Shown: positions 25,955 through 36,217 of the stretch, one piece after another
Layout of the letters: each line of letters begins with the position of its first letter
Numbering within the stretch: the first letter of the stretch is position 1
Assembly (NCBI GenBank): GCA_017937305.1
Contig: JAGBDV010000020.1
Coordinates: forward strand, 160,576 to 224,575
DNA from: Bacilli bacterium
GTDB lineage: Bacteria; Bacillota_I; Bacilli_A; ML615J-28; CAG-313
Reading direction: 5' to 3'
DNA: 64,000 bases
The notes under the pieces: model-generated
Database searches by the model: none
What the model was told of the DNA's origin: nothing
The model's input: only the letters and a program-made list of their open reading frames with translations
Program-made: the position numbers and the translations under genes

Positions 25955-27460
25955 ATGAAATCGTTAAATGTAAACTTTAAAGATTTAAAATCTGACCAAT
26001 CTTGTTTAAAAATACTTCCTTTAGAATTTGTTAATAAATATAATTGCATCATTTATTGTAATTATGATAATGGTAAAGTAGTATTAGTAAATGATAATTT
26101 TGATTATTATAATCTAAATAAACTATCATTTTTTATTAAAGAAGAATTATATATTTGTTATGTACATCATGAAGATTGGATTGAACTTACAAAAAATTTA
26201 AAAATTAATGATGATCGTAATCAAGCTATAAATAAATTCCAGATAAATTCTAATATTATTTCTCAAAGTTCTTTAAATGAAAACAATAAAGTGTTTTATA
26301 ATGCAGAAATTGAAAGTTCTCCAATAGTTAAAATAGTGGATTCCATAATTGAAGAAGCTATAAATTACAAAAGTAGTGATATTCATTTTGAACCATATGA
26401 ATCTTATGTTAAAGTCAGACTTAGAATTGATGGAAAACTTTTTGATAAATCTCCTCTCCCATTTGAAACTTTTAGTGAATTGTCTACAAGAATTAAAGTT
26501 TTAGCTAACTTAGATATTACAAAAAAATTTATTCCTCAAGATGGAAAAATGATTTTTAGCTATGAAGGTAAAGATTATGATATAAGAGTTTCTATTTTAC
26601 CTTGTGCATATGGAGAACGAATTGCTCTTAGAATATTAGATTTACATAATAATATTTTAAGATTGAATGATTTGAATTTTTCAAATAAAGCAATGGAAAA
26701 TATTAATCGAATTTTAGGATTTTCTTCTGGATTAGTTTTAGTTGTTGGACCAACTGGAAGTGGAAAATCAACAACATTACATGCATTTTTAGAAAAAAAT
26801 TTAGAAAGAAATGAAAATATTATAACGGTAGAAGATCCTGTTGAGTATACAATTGAAGGTATTACTCAAGTTCAAATTAATGAAGAAGCTGGTCTTGATT
26901 TTGCAACATGTTTAAGGACGATTTTAAGACAAGATCCTAATATTATTATGATAGGGGAAATTAGAGATTTAGAAACAGCTAAAATAGCATGTAGGTCTTC
27001 AATTACAGGACATCTTGTTTATTCTACACTTCATACTAACACATCTGTGGGAGTAATAAATAGATTAAAAGATATGAATATAGAACCATATTTATTAGTA
27101 GATGCTTTACGTGCTATAATTTCTCAAAGATTAGTTAGATGCTTATGTAATAGATGTAAGAAAAAAGTTAAAATTAATTCTTATGAAGCAAAAGCGTTGG
27201 ATGTAGATGAAGACATTTATATTTATAAACCAGTAGGTTGTGGCTACTGCAATAATACTGGATATAGTGGTAGATGTGGAGTTTATGAAGTAATAATACT
27301 AGATGAAGATTTTAGAAAATTAATTACTGAAAATTCTACATCAGCAAAGTTTTGGAATTTAATTAAGAAAAAGAAAATAGAAAGAATATTTGACAACGGG
27401 AAGTTATTAGTATTAAATGGAATAACTTCTCTAGAAGAAATTCAATCAGTATTAAATTAG
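25955..27460 (+). CDS. pilB: Type IV pilus assembly ATPase PilB / GspE family
   Basis: N-terminal GspE_N-like domain, Walker A VVGPTGSGKSTT, Asp box, Walker B IIMIGEIRD, His box, and a tetracysteine motif (CNRC ... CGYC). Confidence 0.9.
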   Translation: MKSLNVNFKDLKSDQSCLKILPLEFVNKYNCIIYCNYDNGKVVLVNDNFDYYNLNKLSFFIKEELYICYVHHEDWIELTKNLKINDDRNQAINKFQINSNIISQSSLNENNKVFYNAEIESSPIVKIVDSIIEEAINYKSSDIHFEPYESYVKVRLRIDGKLFDKSPLPFETFSELSTRIKVLANLDITKKFIPQDGKMIFSYEGKDYDIRVSILPCAYGERIALRILDLHNNILRLNDLNFSNKAMENINRILGFSSGLVLVVGPTGSGKSTTLHAFLEKNLERNENIITVEDPVEYTIEGITQVQINEEAGLDFATCLRTILRQDPNIIMIGEIRDLETAKIACRSSITGHLVYSTLHTNTSVGVINRLKDMNIEPYLLVDALRAIISQRLVRCLCNRCKKKVKINSYEAKALDVDEDIYIYKPVGCGYCNNTGYSGRCGVYEVIILDEDFRKLITENSTSAKFWNLIKKKKIERIFDNGKLLVLNGITSLEEIQSVLN

Positions 27461-27470
27461 GAGGAAAATT

Positions 27471-27893
27471 GTGAAAAAGAAAATGAAAAAAGGGTTTACC
27501 CTAGTTGAAATGTTAGTTGTTGTTGTTATTATTGGAATTTTAAGTACTGTTTTATACTCAAGTTATAAACGATATGTTAATTCTACTAAGAGTACAGTTG
27601 CACGTGCAGAATTAATGACGATTGTTCAATGTTTTGAAACGGCAATGGTTGATAATTCTAGAACAGGATATAAAGATGGGGATATAAATCCAGAATCTTT
27701 TACTACTTTTGATGAATTATTTGAACTTGATTTAGTTACAACATATAATTACATTTCAGAAATTAAATTACCATTAAGTGTAGAATTAAGTGTAACAGAT
27801 AAAGATATGCTTAAATACGTTGATACAAGTGATGGAGTAGAAGTAATTTATGATCCTGTACAAAGGTCAGTTGTATCAGTAATTATCTACTAA
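27471..27893 (+). CDS. Major pilin candidate (prepilin-type N-terminus)
   Basis: (V)KKKMKKG|FTLVEMLVVVVIIGILS is a class III signal with Glu +5. The strong RBS AGGAGGA precedes it, and the start is GTG 27471 or ATG 27483. It is the last gene of the cluster and is followed by a terminator. Confidence 0.8.
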   Translation: MKKKMKKGFTLVEMLVVVVIIGILSTVLYSSYKRYVNSTKSTVARAELMTIVQCFETAMVDNSRTGYKDGDINPESFTTFDELFELDLVTTYNYISEIKLPLSVELSVTDKDMLKYVDTSDGVEVIYDPVQRSVVSVIIY

Positions 27894-27898
27894 AAAAT

Positions 27899-27925
27899 AA
27901 AGGGTTAGACTTTGTCTAACCCTTT
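27899..27925. terminator. Bidirectional hairpin between the pilin gene and the convergent gene
   Basis: AAAGGGTTAGAC-TTT-GTCTAACCCTTT is a perfect 12-bp stem that overlaps the stop of the - strand gene. Confidence 0.7.
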
Positions 27926-28914
27926 ATTAAATTATAAATACTTAAAGCTGTTAAGGATTCAACAAAAATAATTTTTTTATGTAAATTAAAATACTCTTGC
28001 TTAGACTTAACAATATAAATATTTTCCAACGTTTTATAATTAATACTAGTACTATTTTTATTAAATAAAAAAGGTGGTAAAAAATGAGTAGAAAACTTCA
28101 CGATATCACTTGTTGTAATTCCGGATTCTACTCCGTAATAAACATTTGAGGTATATTTAATTATGTCATTTTCAAAACTAATATTACTATAACAGTTTTC
28201 TAAATTAGCATTAATTAAATATACATTTGCAAATTCTAAACTCTTTAAACCTGGGATTAAATACAATGTTCCTGCAAGATTTGCTTCAAATAAATTAAAA
28301 TATGGCTTACCAAGTCCTTTGGGGATATTATAAATAATTGTTTCTAAACTACCACTAATTGGTTGTTTGCTGTTGATTGCTTTATTAATTATTTTTTGCA
28401 TTAATTGTTTTGCTCTATGATCTACGATTGGTAATTTATCTTGTGTATATAGATTTATGTCATTAATTAATGTATCATAATTATTAATATTATCATAGAT
28501 ATTTTTTATTGAATTAATGTGAGTAAAAAATTTGATATTATAATTGTGGTTAAGAAATTCTTTTATTATTAACCCTATAATTGTAATTCCAATTATATTA
28601 TATTTAAGTAAATCAGCATTATTTATTGTTTTATTATATTTATTAAGATAATATAAATGATTTTCTTCAGGATTTATTATATCATTTTCTGATAATTCGT
28701 TATTTATATTTAATATTAAAGCGAAATTATTAAAAAAAGACTCATTCGCATTAATGAATTCGACAGTAATTTCTTTATAATCATTTAATAATGGTGTTAT
28801 AATTTTATAAAGATCAATGTTATGATCAATTTTAAGATTTCTTGTTGAAAATAATAATTTATTATTTGATAATTTTGTAATATCAATTTTAAAAGAAGAA
28901 TTTATAAATTGCAT
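27916..28914 (-). CDS. Highly divergent chorismate synthase-like protein (catalytic motifs apparently lost)
   Basis: Central and C-terminal blocks align with AroC ([44 protein letters not shown] vs [56 protein letters not shown] vs GLEGGMTTG). The N-terminal GESHG motif is absent, and RPGHADL appears as TINNADL. Confidence 0.5.
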   Translation of the reverse strand: [332 protein letters not shown]

Positions 28915-29000
28915 AAGTTGGTTCCTTTCATTATATTATAATTTATTTATATTGAAAAAAACGTCGAAATATGATAAAATTATCTTAAAAGAGGGAAAGT

Positions 29001-29885
29001 ATGAATAAAATAATTGTTGTAAATAAAGCTGCAGGTATGACTAGTCATGATGTAGTTAATAAAATAAGAAAAATATTTAATACGAAAAAAGTTGGGCATA
29101 CTGGTACACTTGATCCTGATGCAACAGGGGTATTAGTTGTATGTATTAACGATGCTACAAAATTAGTGCAATTTTTAGAAGCTGATTCTAAATGGTATAT
29201 TGCTGAGGTTTTAGTTGGAAGAAGTACCGATACTTTTGATAAATCAGGGAATACTATAAAAGAAGTTCCTGTTTTAAAGCTATCTAATGAGGAAGTGGAT
29301 GAATGTTTAAACACCTTTAAAGGAAAAATTTCTCAAATTCCTCCAATGTATTCTGCGATTAAAGTTAATGGAAAAAAATTATACGAGTATGCGAGAAATA
29401 ATCAAATTGTGGAAATTGAACCAAGAACTGTAGAAATTTTTGAAATAAGTAGAATAACTGATGTTATTAAAGATGGCGAATTTTATAAATTTCAAATTAA
29501 AGTTCATGTTTCTAAAGGTACTTATATTAGAAGTTTATGCGTTGCTATTTGCGATAAATTAGGGTACCCTGGTCTTATGAATAGCTTAATTAGAACAAAG
29601 ACTGGTGTATGGAATATAGAAGAAAGTTCGACAATCTTAGATATTGAACATGGTAATTTTAAATCATATTCAATGCTTGAAGCAGTTAAAAACCTACCTT
29701 CAATTGAAGAAGAAGATTGCGTTTATAAAGCTCTTCATGGTATGAAAATATCACCAAGCAAAATTTACGATATTTTATGTGAAAATCCTCAAAGAATTGC
29801 AATAAAACAAGATGATAAATTAATTGCAATTTATGATTTTGATAAAGAAATTAAAGGATATAGAGCGGTTAGAGTATGGAATTAA
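29001..29885 (+). CDS. truB: tRNA pseudouridine(55) synthase
   Basis: GHTGTLDP catalytic Asp motif, a PUA-less short form, and conserved truB-ribF-rpsO-pnp order. Confidence 0.92.
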   Translation: MNKIIVVNKAAGMTSHDVVNKIRKIFNTKKVGHTGTLDPDATGVLVVCINDATKLVQFLEADSKWYIAEVLVGRSTDTFDKSGNTIKEVPVLKLSNEEVDECLNTFKGKISQIPPMYSAIKVNGKKLYEYARNNQIVEIEPRTVEIFEISRITDVIKDGEFYKFQIKVHVSKGTYIRSLCVAICDKLGYPGLMNSLIRTKTGVWNIEESSTILDIEHGNFKSYSMLEAVKNLPSIEEEDCVYKALHGMKISPSKIYDILCENPQRIAIKQDDKLIAIYDFDKEIKGYRAVRVWN

Positions 29886-30808
29886 TTAAGTTTGAAGAAT
29901 ACATTAAAAAATATAATCACAAGATAGTTGCTACAATTGGTTCTTTTGATGGAATTCATCTTGGCCATCAAGAACTAATAAAAATGACTGTTGATAAAGC
30001 TAAAGAATTAAAAGTTTATTCTGCTGTAATTACTTTTGATCCTCATCCATTAAATGTTATTGCAAATAAAAATCATTCAACTATAACTTCACTTAGTGAG
30101 AAAGTTCAATTAATAAAAACATATGGTGTTGATTATTTAATATTAATAAATTTTGATGAAGCTTTTTCGAAAATATCAAAAATAGATTTTATTAATAATT
30201 ATTTAATAAAAATGAATGTTAGTAATTTAATTGTTGGAAGTGATTTTAAATTTGGTTATTGCGGAGAAGGCAAAGCTTATGAAATTAACATTTTAAGTAA
30301 AGGGGTTATCAATACTACAATTATTGATTTAATTAAATATAATGATATAAAGATTGGTAGCAGTAATATAATTAAATTATTAAATGAAGGAGCATTAGAA
30401 GAAGCTAATGCTTTATTAGGGTATTGTTATTCATTTGTTGGAAAAGTAATTAGAGGAAAACAAATTGGTAGGACTATGGGGTTTCCTACTGCAAATATAG
30501 ATAATGAAAATGTTAAAAAAATTTTAAAAACTGGAGTTTATGGTGTTAACGTTTATCTTGATAAAGATGTTTATGTTGGAATGATGAACATTGGCCATAA
30601 TCCAACATGTAACTTTCAAGAAAACATTTCTATTGAAATTAATCTTTTTGATCTAGATATTGATCTTTATGATAAATCATTAAAAATTGAGTGCTTTTGT
30701 TATGTAAGAGAAGAGAAAAAATTTAATAATGCTGATGAATTAATTGAAAGATTAAAAATAGATAAAGAAATTATTAGAAATAAAAACCTATTACTTGCAA
30801 AAAAATGA
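29876..30808 (+). CDS. ribF: Bifunctional riboflavin kinase / FMN adenylyltransferase
   Basis: GSFDGIHLGHQ nucleotidyltransferase motif and a GFPTANI riboflavin kinase motif. The gene ends in TGA. Confidence 0.9.
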   Translation: MELIKFEEYIKKYNHKIVATIGSFDGIHLGHQELIKMTVDKAKELKVYSAVITFDPHPLNVIANKNHSTITSLSEKVQLIKTYGVDYLILINFDEAFSKISKIDFINNYLIKMNVSNLIVGSDFKFGYCGEGKAYEINILSKGVINTTIIDLIKYNDIKIGSSNIIKLLNEGALEEANALLGYCYSFVGKVIRGKQIGRTMGFPTANIDNENVKKILKTGVYGVNVYLDKDVYVGMMNIGHNPTCNFQENISIEINLFDLDIDLYDKSLKIECFCYVREEKKFNNADELIERLKIDKEIIRNKNLLLAKK

Positions 30809-30927
30809 AAAAAGTAGTATAATATATACGACCTATACATGGTTTATCGATTCTTCCGACGATTTACATTGTATTGGTATATAATCGTAAATTAAATTTT
30901 ACGAAATTTTATAAGGAGGAAATAAAA

Positions 30928-31200
30928 ATGGCTTGTATTACAAAAGAAGAAAAAGCCGCAATTATTGCAAAATTTGCGCGTGCTGAAGGTGACACTGGTT
31001 CTACTGAAGTTCAAATTGCTATTTTAACTGCAGAAATCAACAAACTTAATGGCCACATGAAACAACATCCTCATGATTTCCACTCACACCGTGGATTAAT
31101 GAAGAAAATTGGTCATCGTCGTAACCTTTTAAACTATTTAAAAGCTAAAGATGTTCAAAGTTACCGTGAAGTTATTGCCAAATTAGGTTTAAGAAAATAA
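30928..31200 (+). CDS. rpsO: 30S ribosomal protein S15
   Basis: The ATG at 30928 follows AAGGAGGA. The product has the motifs [14 protein letters not shown] and HSHRGL.KKIGHRR. The ORF-track start at 30874 is an unsupported upstream extension. Confidence 0.93.
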   Translation: MACITKEEKAAIIAKFARAEGDTGSTEVQIAILTAEINKLNGHMKQHPHDFHSHRGLMKKIGHRRNLLNYLKAKDVQSYREVIAKLGLRK

Positions 31201-31204
31201 GTCT

Positions 31205-31231
31205 AAAGGGCACTAAATGTGCCCTTTTAGT
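31205..31231 (+). terminator. Terminator/attenuator hairpin after rpsO
   Basis: AAAGGGCAC-TAAAT-GTGCCCTTT followed by T. Confidence 0.6.
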
Positions 31232-31295
31232 CTTATTAAAATGAGTAGGTAAAAAAATAATTAATTATATATAATATTTGAAAGGAAAAATAAAA

Positions 31296-33503
31296 ATGGA
31301 AAAACATGTTTTTGAATACGTTCAACGTGACAGAAAATTTGTTGTTGAAATTGGTGAACTTGCTAAACAAGCAAATGGTGCATGTTTAGTTAGATACAAT
31401 GATACAGCAGTATTAAGTTCTGCCGTTTGTAGTAATCAAGTAATGGCTACTGACTTTTTTCCACTTACAGTTTTATATCAAGAAAAATTATATGCTGGTG
31501 GTAAAATTCCTGGTGGCTTTTTAAAAAGAGAATCTCGTCCAACTGAACATGAAACATTAGTTTCTCGTTTAATTGATAGACCAATTAGACCATTATTCGC
31601 AGATGGTTATCGTAATGAGGTTCAAGTTATTAATATGGTTTTAAGTGCTGATCCAAATTGCTCTCCTGCAATGGCAGCTATGCTTGGTGCATCTTTATCA
31701 CTTGGTGTTTCTGATATTCCATTCCAAGGTCCAATTGCTGGTGTAGTTGTAGGTCGTATTAATGGTGAATATGTACTAAACCCTAGTGTAGATGAATTAG
31801 AAGCTTCTGATATTAATTTAACAGTAGCTGGTACAATTAAGGCTATCAATATGGTAGAAGCTGGTGCAAAACAAGTTTCTGAAGATGATATGCTTGGTGC
31901 ACTTGAATTTGCTCATGCAGAAATTAAAAAATTATGTGCATGGCAAATGGAAATTATTGAAGCTGTAGGGAAAACTAAACAAGTTCCTGACTTATTTACA
32001 ATCCCTGCTGAACTTGAAAATGCTATTCGTGAATATGCATTTGATGATTTAAAAGAAGCAATTTCTACTTATGACAAGTTAGAAAGAGAAGCAAATATTG
32101 AAGCTGTAAATGAAAAAACAAGAGTTCATTTTGATGAAATCTTTGCTAATGAAAGTTTAGAACCAACTGAACTTGCTGAAAAACAAACATATGTTAATAT
32201 GGTATTAGAACATATGTTAGCTGAAGAAGTTCGTCGTTTAATTACTGAAGATAAGATTCGTCCTGATGGAAGAGCTGTTGATGAAATTAGACCTCTTTCA
32301 TCACGTGTAGATTTATTTGAAAGAACTCATGGTTCTGCATTATTTACTCGTGGACAAACACAAAGCTGTTCAATTGTTACTCTTGGATCATTAACAGAAT
32401 TCCAAATCATTGATGGCTTAGGTGTTGAAGAAGGTAAGAGATTTATGCTTCACTACAACTTCCCTCAATTTGCAGTAGGTTCAACAGGTCGTTATGGTGC
32501 TCCAGGTCGCCGTGAAATTGGTCATGGTGCTTTAGGTGAAAGAGCAATTTTACAAGTAATTCCATCTGAAGATGAATTCCCTTATACAATTAGAGTTGTA
32601 TCTGAAATTTTAGAATCAAATGGTTCATCAAGCCAAGCTTCAATTTGTGCTGGTACTATGGCATTAATGGCTGCTGGTGTTCCAATTAAAGCTCCAGTTG
32701 CTGGTATTGCAATGGGGTTAATTAGTCAAGATGATGAATGTTCTAAATATACAATTCTTACAGATATTCAAGGTCTAGAAGATCACTATGGAGATATGGA
32801 CTTTAAAGTAGCTGGTACTAAAGATGGTATAACTGCTCTTCAAATGGATATTAAATGTAAAGGTATTACATTTGAAATCTTAAAAGAAGCTTTAGCACAA
32901 GCTAAAAAAGGTCGTATGCAAATTCTTGAACATATGATGTCAACTATTTCTGAAGTTCGACCAACTGTTTCTAAATATGCTCCTAAAGTTAAGATGATTA
33001 AGATTGATCCTGAAAAGATTCGTGAAGTTATCGGTAGTGGTGGTAAAAATATTCAAGACATTATTGAAAAATGTAATCAAGTTAAGATTGACATTGAACA
33101 AGATGGTAGAGTATTTGTTATGCATGCTGAACTTGAATGGATTGATAAGGCTGTTGAATTAATTGAAAATATTTGCCGTGAACCTGAACTTAATGCAATT
33201 TATCCTGCTAAAGTTATCAAAGTGCTAGAAATTGGTGCTGTAGTTGAAATTTGGCCAGGATGTGAAGGTTTAGTTCATATTAGTAATCTTGCATGGAGAA
33301 GAGTTGCTAAGGTTGAAGATGAAGTTAAAGAAGGCGATGAAATTGTTGTTAAACTAATTGAAGTAGGTCAAGGTGGAAAACTAAGATTCTCTAGAAAAGA
33401 CACAATGCCAAAACCTGAAAAATCTGAAAATGATCGTCCTAGAAAACCACGTCAACAAAAAGACGAAAAACCTGCTGAAGATGTAGAAAATAAAGAAGAA
33501 TAA
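31296..33503 (+). CDS. pnp: Polyribonucleotide nucleotidyltransferase (PNPase)
   Basis: Two RNase PH domains plus KH and S1 domains ([21 protein letters not shown]). The ATG at 31296 follows AAAGGA, and the ORF-track TTG at 31278 is unlikely to be the start. Confidence 0.95.
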   Translation: MEKHVFEYVQRDRKFVVEIGELAKQANGACLVRYNDTAVLSSAVCSNQVMATDFFPLTVLYQEKLYAGGKIPGGFLKRESRPTEHETLVSRLIDRPIRPLFADGYRNEVQVINMVLSADPNCSPAMAAMLGASLSLGVSDIPFQGPIAGVVVGRINGEYVLNPSVDELEASDINLTVAGTIKAINMVEAGAKQVSEDDMLGALEFAHAEIKKLCAWQMEIIEAVGKTKQVPDLFTIPAELENAIREYAFDDLKEAISTYDKLEREANIEAVNEKTRVHFDEIFANESLEPTELAEKQTYVNMVLEHMLAEEVRRLITEDKIRPDGRAVDEIRPLSSRVDLFERTHGSALFTRGQTQSCSIVTLGSLTEFQIIDGLGVEEGKRFMLHYNFPQFAVGSTGRYGAPGRREIGHGALGERAILQVIPSEDEFPYTIRVVSEILESNGSSSQASICAGTMALMAAGVPIKAPVAGIAMGLISQDDECSKYTILTDIQGLEDHYGDMDFKVAGTKDGITALQMDIKCKGITFEILKEALAQAKKGRMQILEHMMSTISEVRPTVSKYAPKVKMIKIDPEKIREVIGSGGKNIQDIIEKCNQVKIDIEQDGRVFVMHAELEWIDKAVELIENICREPELNAIYPAKVIKVLEIGAVVEIWPGCEGLVHISNLAWRRVAKVEDEVKEGDEIVVKLIEVGQGGKLRFSRKDTMPKPEKSENDRPRKPRQQKDEKPAEDVENKEE

Positions 33504-33519
33504 TTTTATTTAATTAATA

Positions 33520-33882
33520 CGGAAAGATAATCGAGCACATTTTTATGTGTTAGGAAAGTCCATACTAGCACAATCTGCGATGATTGTAGTGTTTGCGCTT
33601 AACGAAAAAATAAGTTAAGGTACTATCCAATGGTTAGTAACGGCGAATGAAACCTAAGGCTTTTTGCTATGGTGTAGTTCTGAAAGTGCCACAGAGACGA
33701 TTTTCTTTTGGAAACAAAAGAGTGGAACGGGTAAACCCCACAAGCTAGCAACCCAAATTTTGGTAGGGGCATGATTTTAGGGAGAATTGAATCCACTAAA
33801 ATTACACTATTTAATAGTGAGATAAATGATTATCACTTCTTAATGAAGGACAGAATATGGCTTACAAAGTATTAATTATCAA
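33520..33882 (+). ncRNA. rnpB: RNase P RNA (bacterial, low-GC Gram-positive type)
   Basis: Conserved blocks are present: AGGAAAGTCCATACTAGCACA, AAAGTGCCACAGAGACGA, GGGTAAACCCCACAAG and GGACAGAATATGGCTTACA. A P1-like pairing joins GATAAT (33526-33531) with ATTATC (33875-33880). The ends are approximate. Confidence 0.88.
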
Positions 33883-33909
33883 AACCATGAGAACTCTCAT
33901 GGTTTTTTT
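33881..33909 (+). terminator. Intrinsic terminator after rnpB
   Basis: AAAACCATGAGA-ACT-CTCATGGTTTTTTT. Confidence 0.8.
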
Positions 33910-33930
33910 AATGAAATTTTAAAATTTATT

Positions 33931-33939
33931 TGGTATAAT
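33931..33939 (+). promoter_or_regulatory. Extended -10 element TGgTATAAT upstream of engB
   Basis: Read directly upstream of the RBS AGAGGT. Confidence 0.4.
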
Positions 33940-33958
33940 ATAAAAGAGGTAAAATAAT

Positions 33959-34540
33959 ATGGTAATTAAAAGTTCAGAATATGTAATTAGTTGTGTAAAA
34001 AAAGAACAATACCCAAATAAAGATAATCTTCCGGAATTTGTTTTTTTAGGAAGAAGTAATGTTGGTAAAAGTAGTTTTATAAATGCACTTACTAATCGTA
34101 AAAATTTAGCATATACATCAAGTAAACCTGGTAAAACTTTAACTCTTAATTTCTATTTTATTAATAAAGAATTTTATTTTGTTGATGTGCCAGGATATGG
34201 TTATGCACAACGTGAAATGAAACAACGTATGGATTTTGGAAAAATGATTGAAGAATATTTAGAAAAATCAGATAATTTAAAGAAATGTTTTTTAATAGTT
34301 GATTCAAGACATAATCCTACTGAAGATGATATTTTAATGTATAATTATTTAAAACATTTTGATATTGATGTAGTTGTTATCGCAACAAAATGTGATAAGC
34401 TTCCTAAAACTCATCAACAAAAACATTTTAAAAATGTTTGTGATGCTTTAGGAATTACTAAAGATGAAGCTGTATTGGTTTCTTCTGAAACTAAACAAGG
34501 CATTGATAAAGTACATGCAATCATAGAAGAATATTTATAG
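33959..34540 (+). CDS. engB: Ribosome biogenesis GTPase YsxC/EngB
   Basis: G1 GRSNVGKSS, G3 DVPGYG and G4 TKCDK motifs; 193 aa. Confidence 0.9.
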   Translation: MVIKSSEYVISCVKKEQYPNKDNLPEFVFLGRSNVGKSSFINALTNRKNLAYTSSKPGKTLTLNFYFINKEFYFVDVPGYGYAQREMKQRMDFGKMIEEYLEKSDNLKKCFLIVDSRHNPTEDDILMYNYLKHFDIDVVVIATKCDKLPKTHQQKHFKNVCDALGITKDEAVLVSSETKQGIDKVHAIIEEYL

Positions 34541-34632
34541 AATGGTAATAACAAATAATTCGTTTAGAATTATTGTTATTATCATTTTTTTTATTTTTAA
34601 TTCATAATATTTTATGATGGAGGAATGTAAAA

Positions 34633-35268
34633 ATGATATTAAATAAAACTTTTAAGCAATTAATTAAAATTAAAGATTTAGCTTACTTAAATGATCTTGG
34701 TTGTGAAGTAATTGAATATTATCCTAATAAACAATATTTAAATGGTAGAGTTTATGTAACAGGAGCCTATCATTCATCAAAGAATAATGAAGTAAAGCTA
34801 ATATCTGAAGATTTGGAATTTATGTTTGATTTAGAAAAAGAGGACTTTTATATTGACGATATTGAATGTATAAGTTTTGATTATAATGTTTTAGAAACTG
34901 AGGGTATTGAATTTTCATATGAAATTAAATTAGATGTAAATATTATAGAAGAATTTGATTTAAGAGAAGACGATTCATTAAATTTTGAAGAAACCCTTGA
35001 AACAATTAAAGAAGAAATTGGAAATATTGTAGAGGAAAAACTAAGTGATAAACTAGATGTAGTTGATGATAATTTACCCCAGAATGAAGAAATGTTTAGA
35101 TCACTAAATGATGATAATAAAACTATTAAAATAATTTATTTTAATGATGAAAAAGAATTATCTAAAATAGCTGAACAAAATAATGTTTCGATTGATTATT
35201 TATTTAAATGTAATAAGAATTATAACTTTAATGAAAATAAACGAGTGATTATACCTTATGGAAAATAG
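34633..35268 (+). CDS. SpoVID-like protein: N-terminal domain, acidic linker, C-terminal LysM domain
   Basis: The C-terminal 45 aa fit a LysM pattern (IIYFNDEKELSKIAEQNNVSIDYLFKCNKNYNFNENKRVIIP). The middle is acidic. A YsxE-like gene is adjacent, as with B. subtilis ysxE-spoVID. Confidence 0.5.
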   Translation: MILNKTFKQLIKIKDLAYLNDLGCEVIEYYPNKQYLNGRVYVTGAYHSSKNNEVKLISEDLEFMFDLEKEDFYIDDIECISFDYNVLETEGIEFSYEIKLDVNIIEEFDLREDDSLNFEETLETIKEEIGNIVEEKLSDKLDVVDDNLPQNEEMFRSLNDDNKTIKIIYFNDEKELSKIAEQNNVSIDYLFKCNKNYNFNENKRVIIPYGK

Positions 35269-36217
35269 AGTTAGACAATTATCTAATTCATTAATTGAAT
35301 ATTATGAGATACCTTTAGAATATATTAAAAAAATAACTAATAAAAGTTATCAATATAAGGATGAAACCTCTAAAGAATATTTTTTAAAGGTTTCTCCTTT
35401 TAATTCATCAGAAAAGTTTAAGTTTTTAGATAGTCTTGGTGTTGATAATATATTATATCCATACTTAAATAAAGATAATGAATATATTACAAAACAAAAA
35501 GGGGATTCTTTTTATTTGATGGATTATTATAAACATGTAAACTTAATCGATGAAGTTAAGGCTCAGAATATGATTAAAGAATTAAATAAGCTTCATCAAA
35601 GTACTATTATTAAAAGACAATTATCAACGAGACTTGCAAGACCTAAATTTGAAGAAATAACAAAAGAGCTTGATTATAAATTTAAAATATTAGAAAACTA
35701 TGTAAGAAGTGTTGAATTTGAAAATTTAAATGTGTTTTCAATGCCTATTCTTGGTAATTACCAATATATACTCGATGCGAAGAAAGAACTTATAATGTTA
35801 CAAAAAAGAATTATTAATTTTGTTAAGGCAAAAGAAAAAGTCGAATATGTTTATATACATAATCGACCTAGTTTAGATCATATTTTAAATGTAAAAGGAG
35901 TAAATTATTTAATAAGTATTGAAAATGGAAAAATTGGCATAAATAGTTTAGACCTTGCAAAATTCTATCTTGAAAATGAAGATTTAGAAATTGATTTTGA
36001 AGAATTAATTGTAAAAAATATATTTAATAACGATAGTAATTTTAATTATGATTATTTTAGATTTTTAATATTATATATTCTAATTAAGAAAATAATAATT
36101 TCTAATGAAAAGTATTTAACTGCACAAAGTTTTATTAATGTTTCTGAATCAATTAGAAAATATTTTAGTAGATTTTTAGATAATAATAAAAATATTAGTA
36201 ATCAAAATGAATCCTAA
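35258..36217 (+). CDS. CotS/YsxE-family spore-coat kinase-like protein
   Basis: The N-terminal lobe pattern (KSYQYKDETSKEYFLKV) and an IHNRPSLDHILN block correspond to the phosphotransferase-fold catalytic loop of CotS/YsxE proteins. It overlaps the upstream gene by 11 nt. Confidence 0.5.
   Translation: MENRVRQLSNSLIEYYEIPLEYIKKITNKSYQYKDETSKEYFLKVSPFNSSEKFKFLDSLGVDNILYPYLNKDNEYITKQKGDSFYLMDYYKHVNLIDEVKAQNMIKELNKLHQSTIIKRQLSTRLARPKFEEITKELDYKFKILENYVRSVEFENLNVFSMPILGNYQYILDAKKELIMLQKRIINFVKAKEKVEYVYIHNRPSLDHILNVKGVNYLISIENGKIGINSLDLAKFYLENEDLEIDFEELIVKNIFNNDSNFNYDYFRFLILYILIKKIIISNEKYLTAQSFINVSESIRKYFSRFLDNNKNISNQNES

Noticed and set aside
22934-27893. Pilus cluster considered as a type II secretion system
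   Set aside because: There is no secretin or GspC/L/M. The genome context is Gram-positive type, and the PilB/PilC plus pilin composition fits a type IV pilus or competence pseudopilus.
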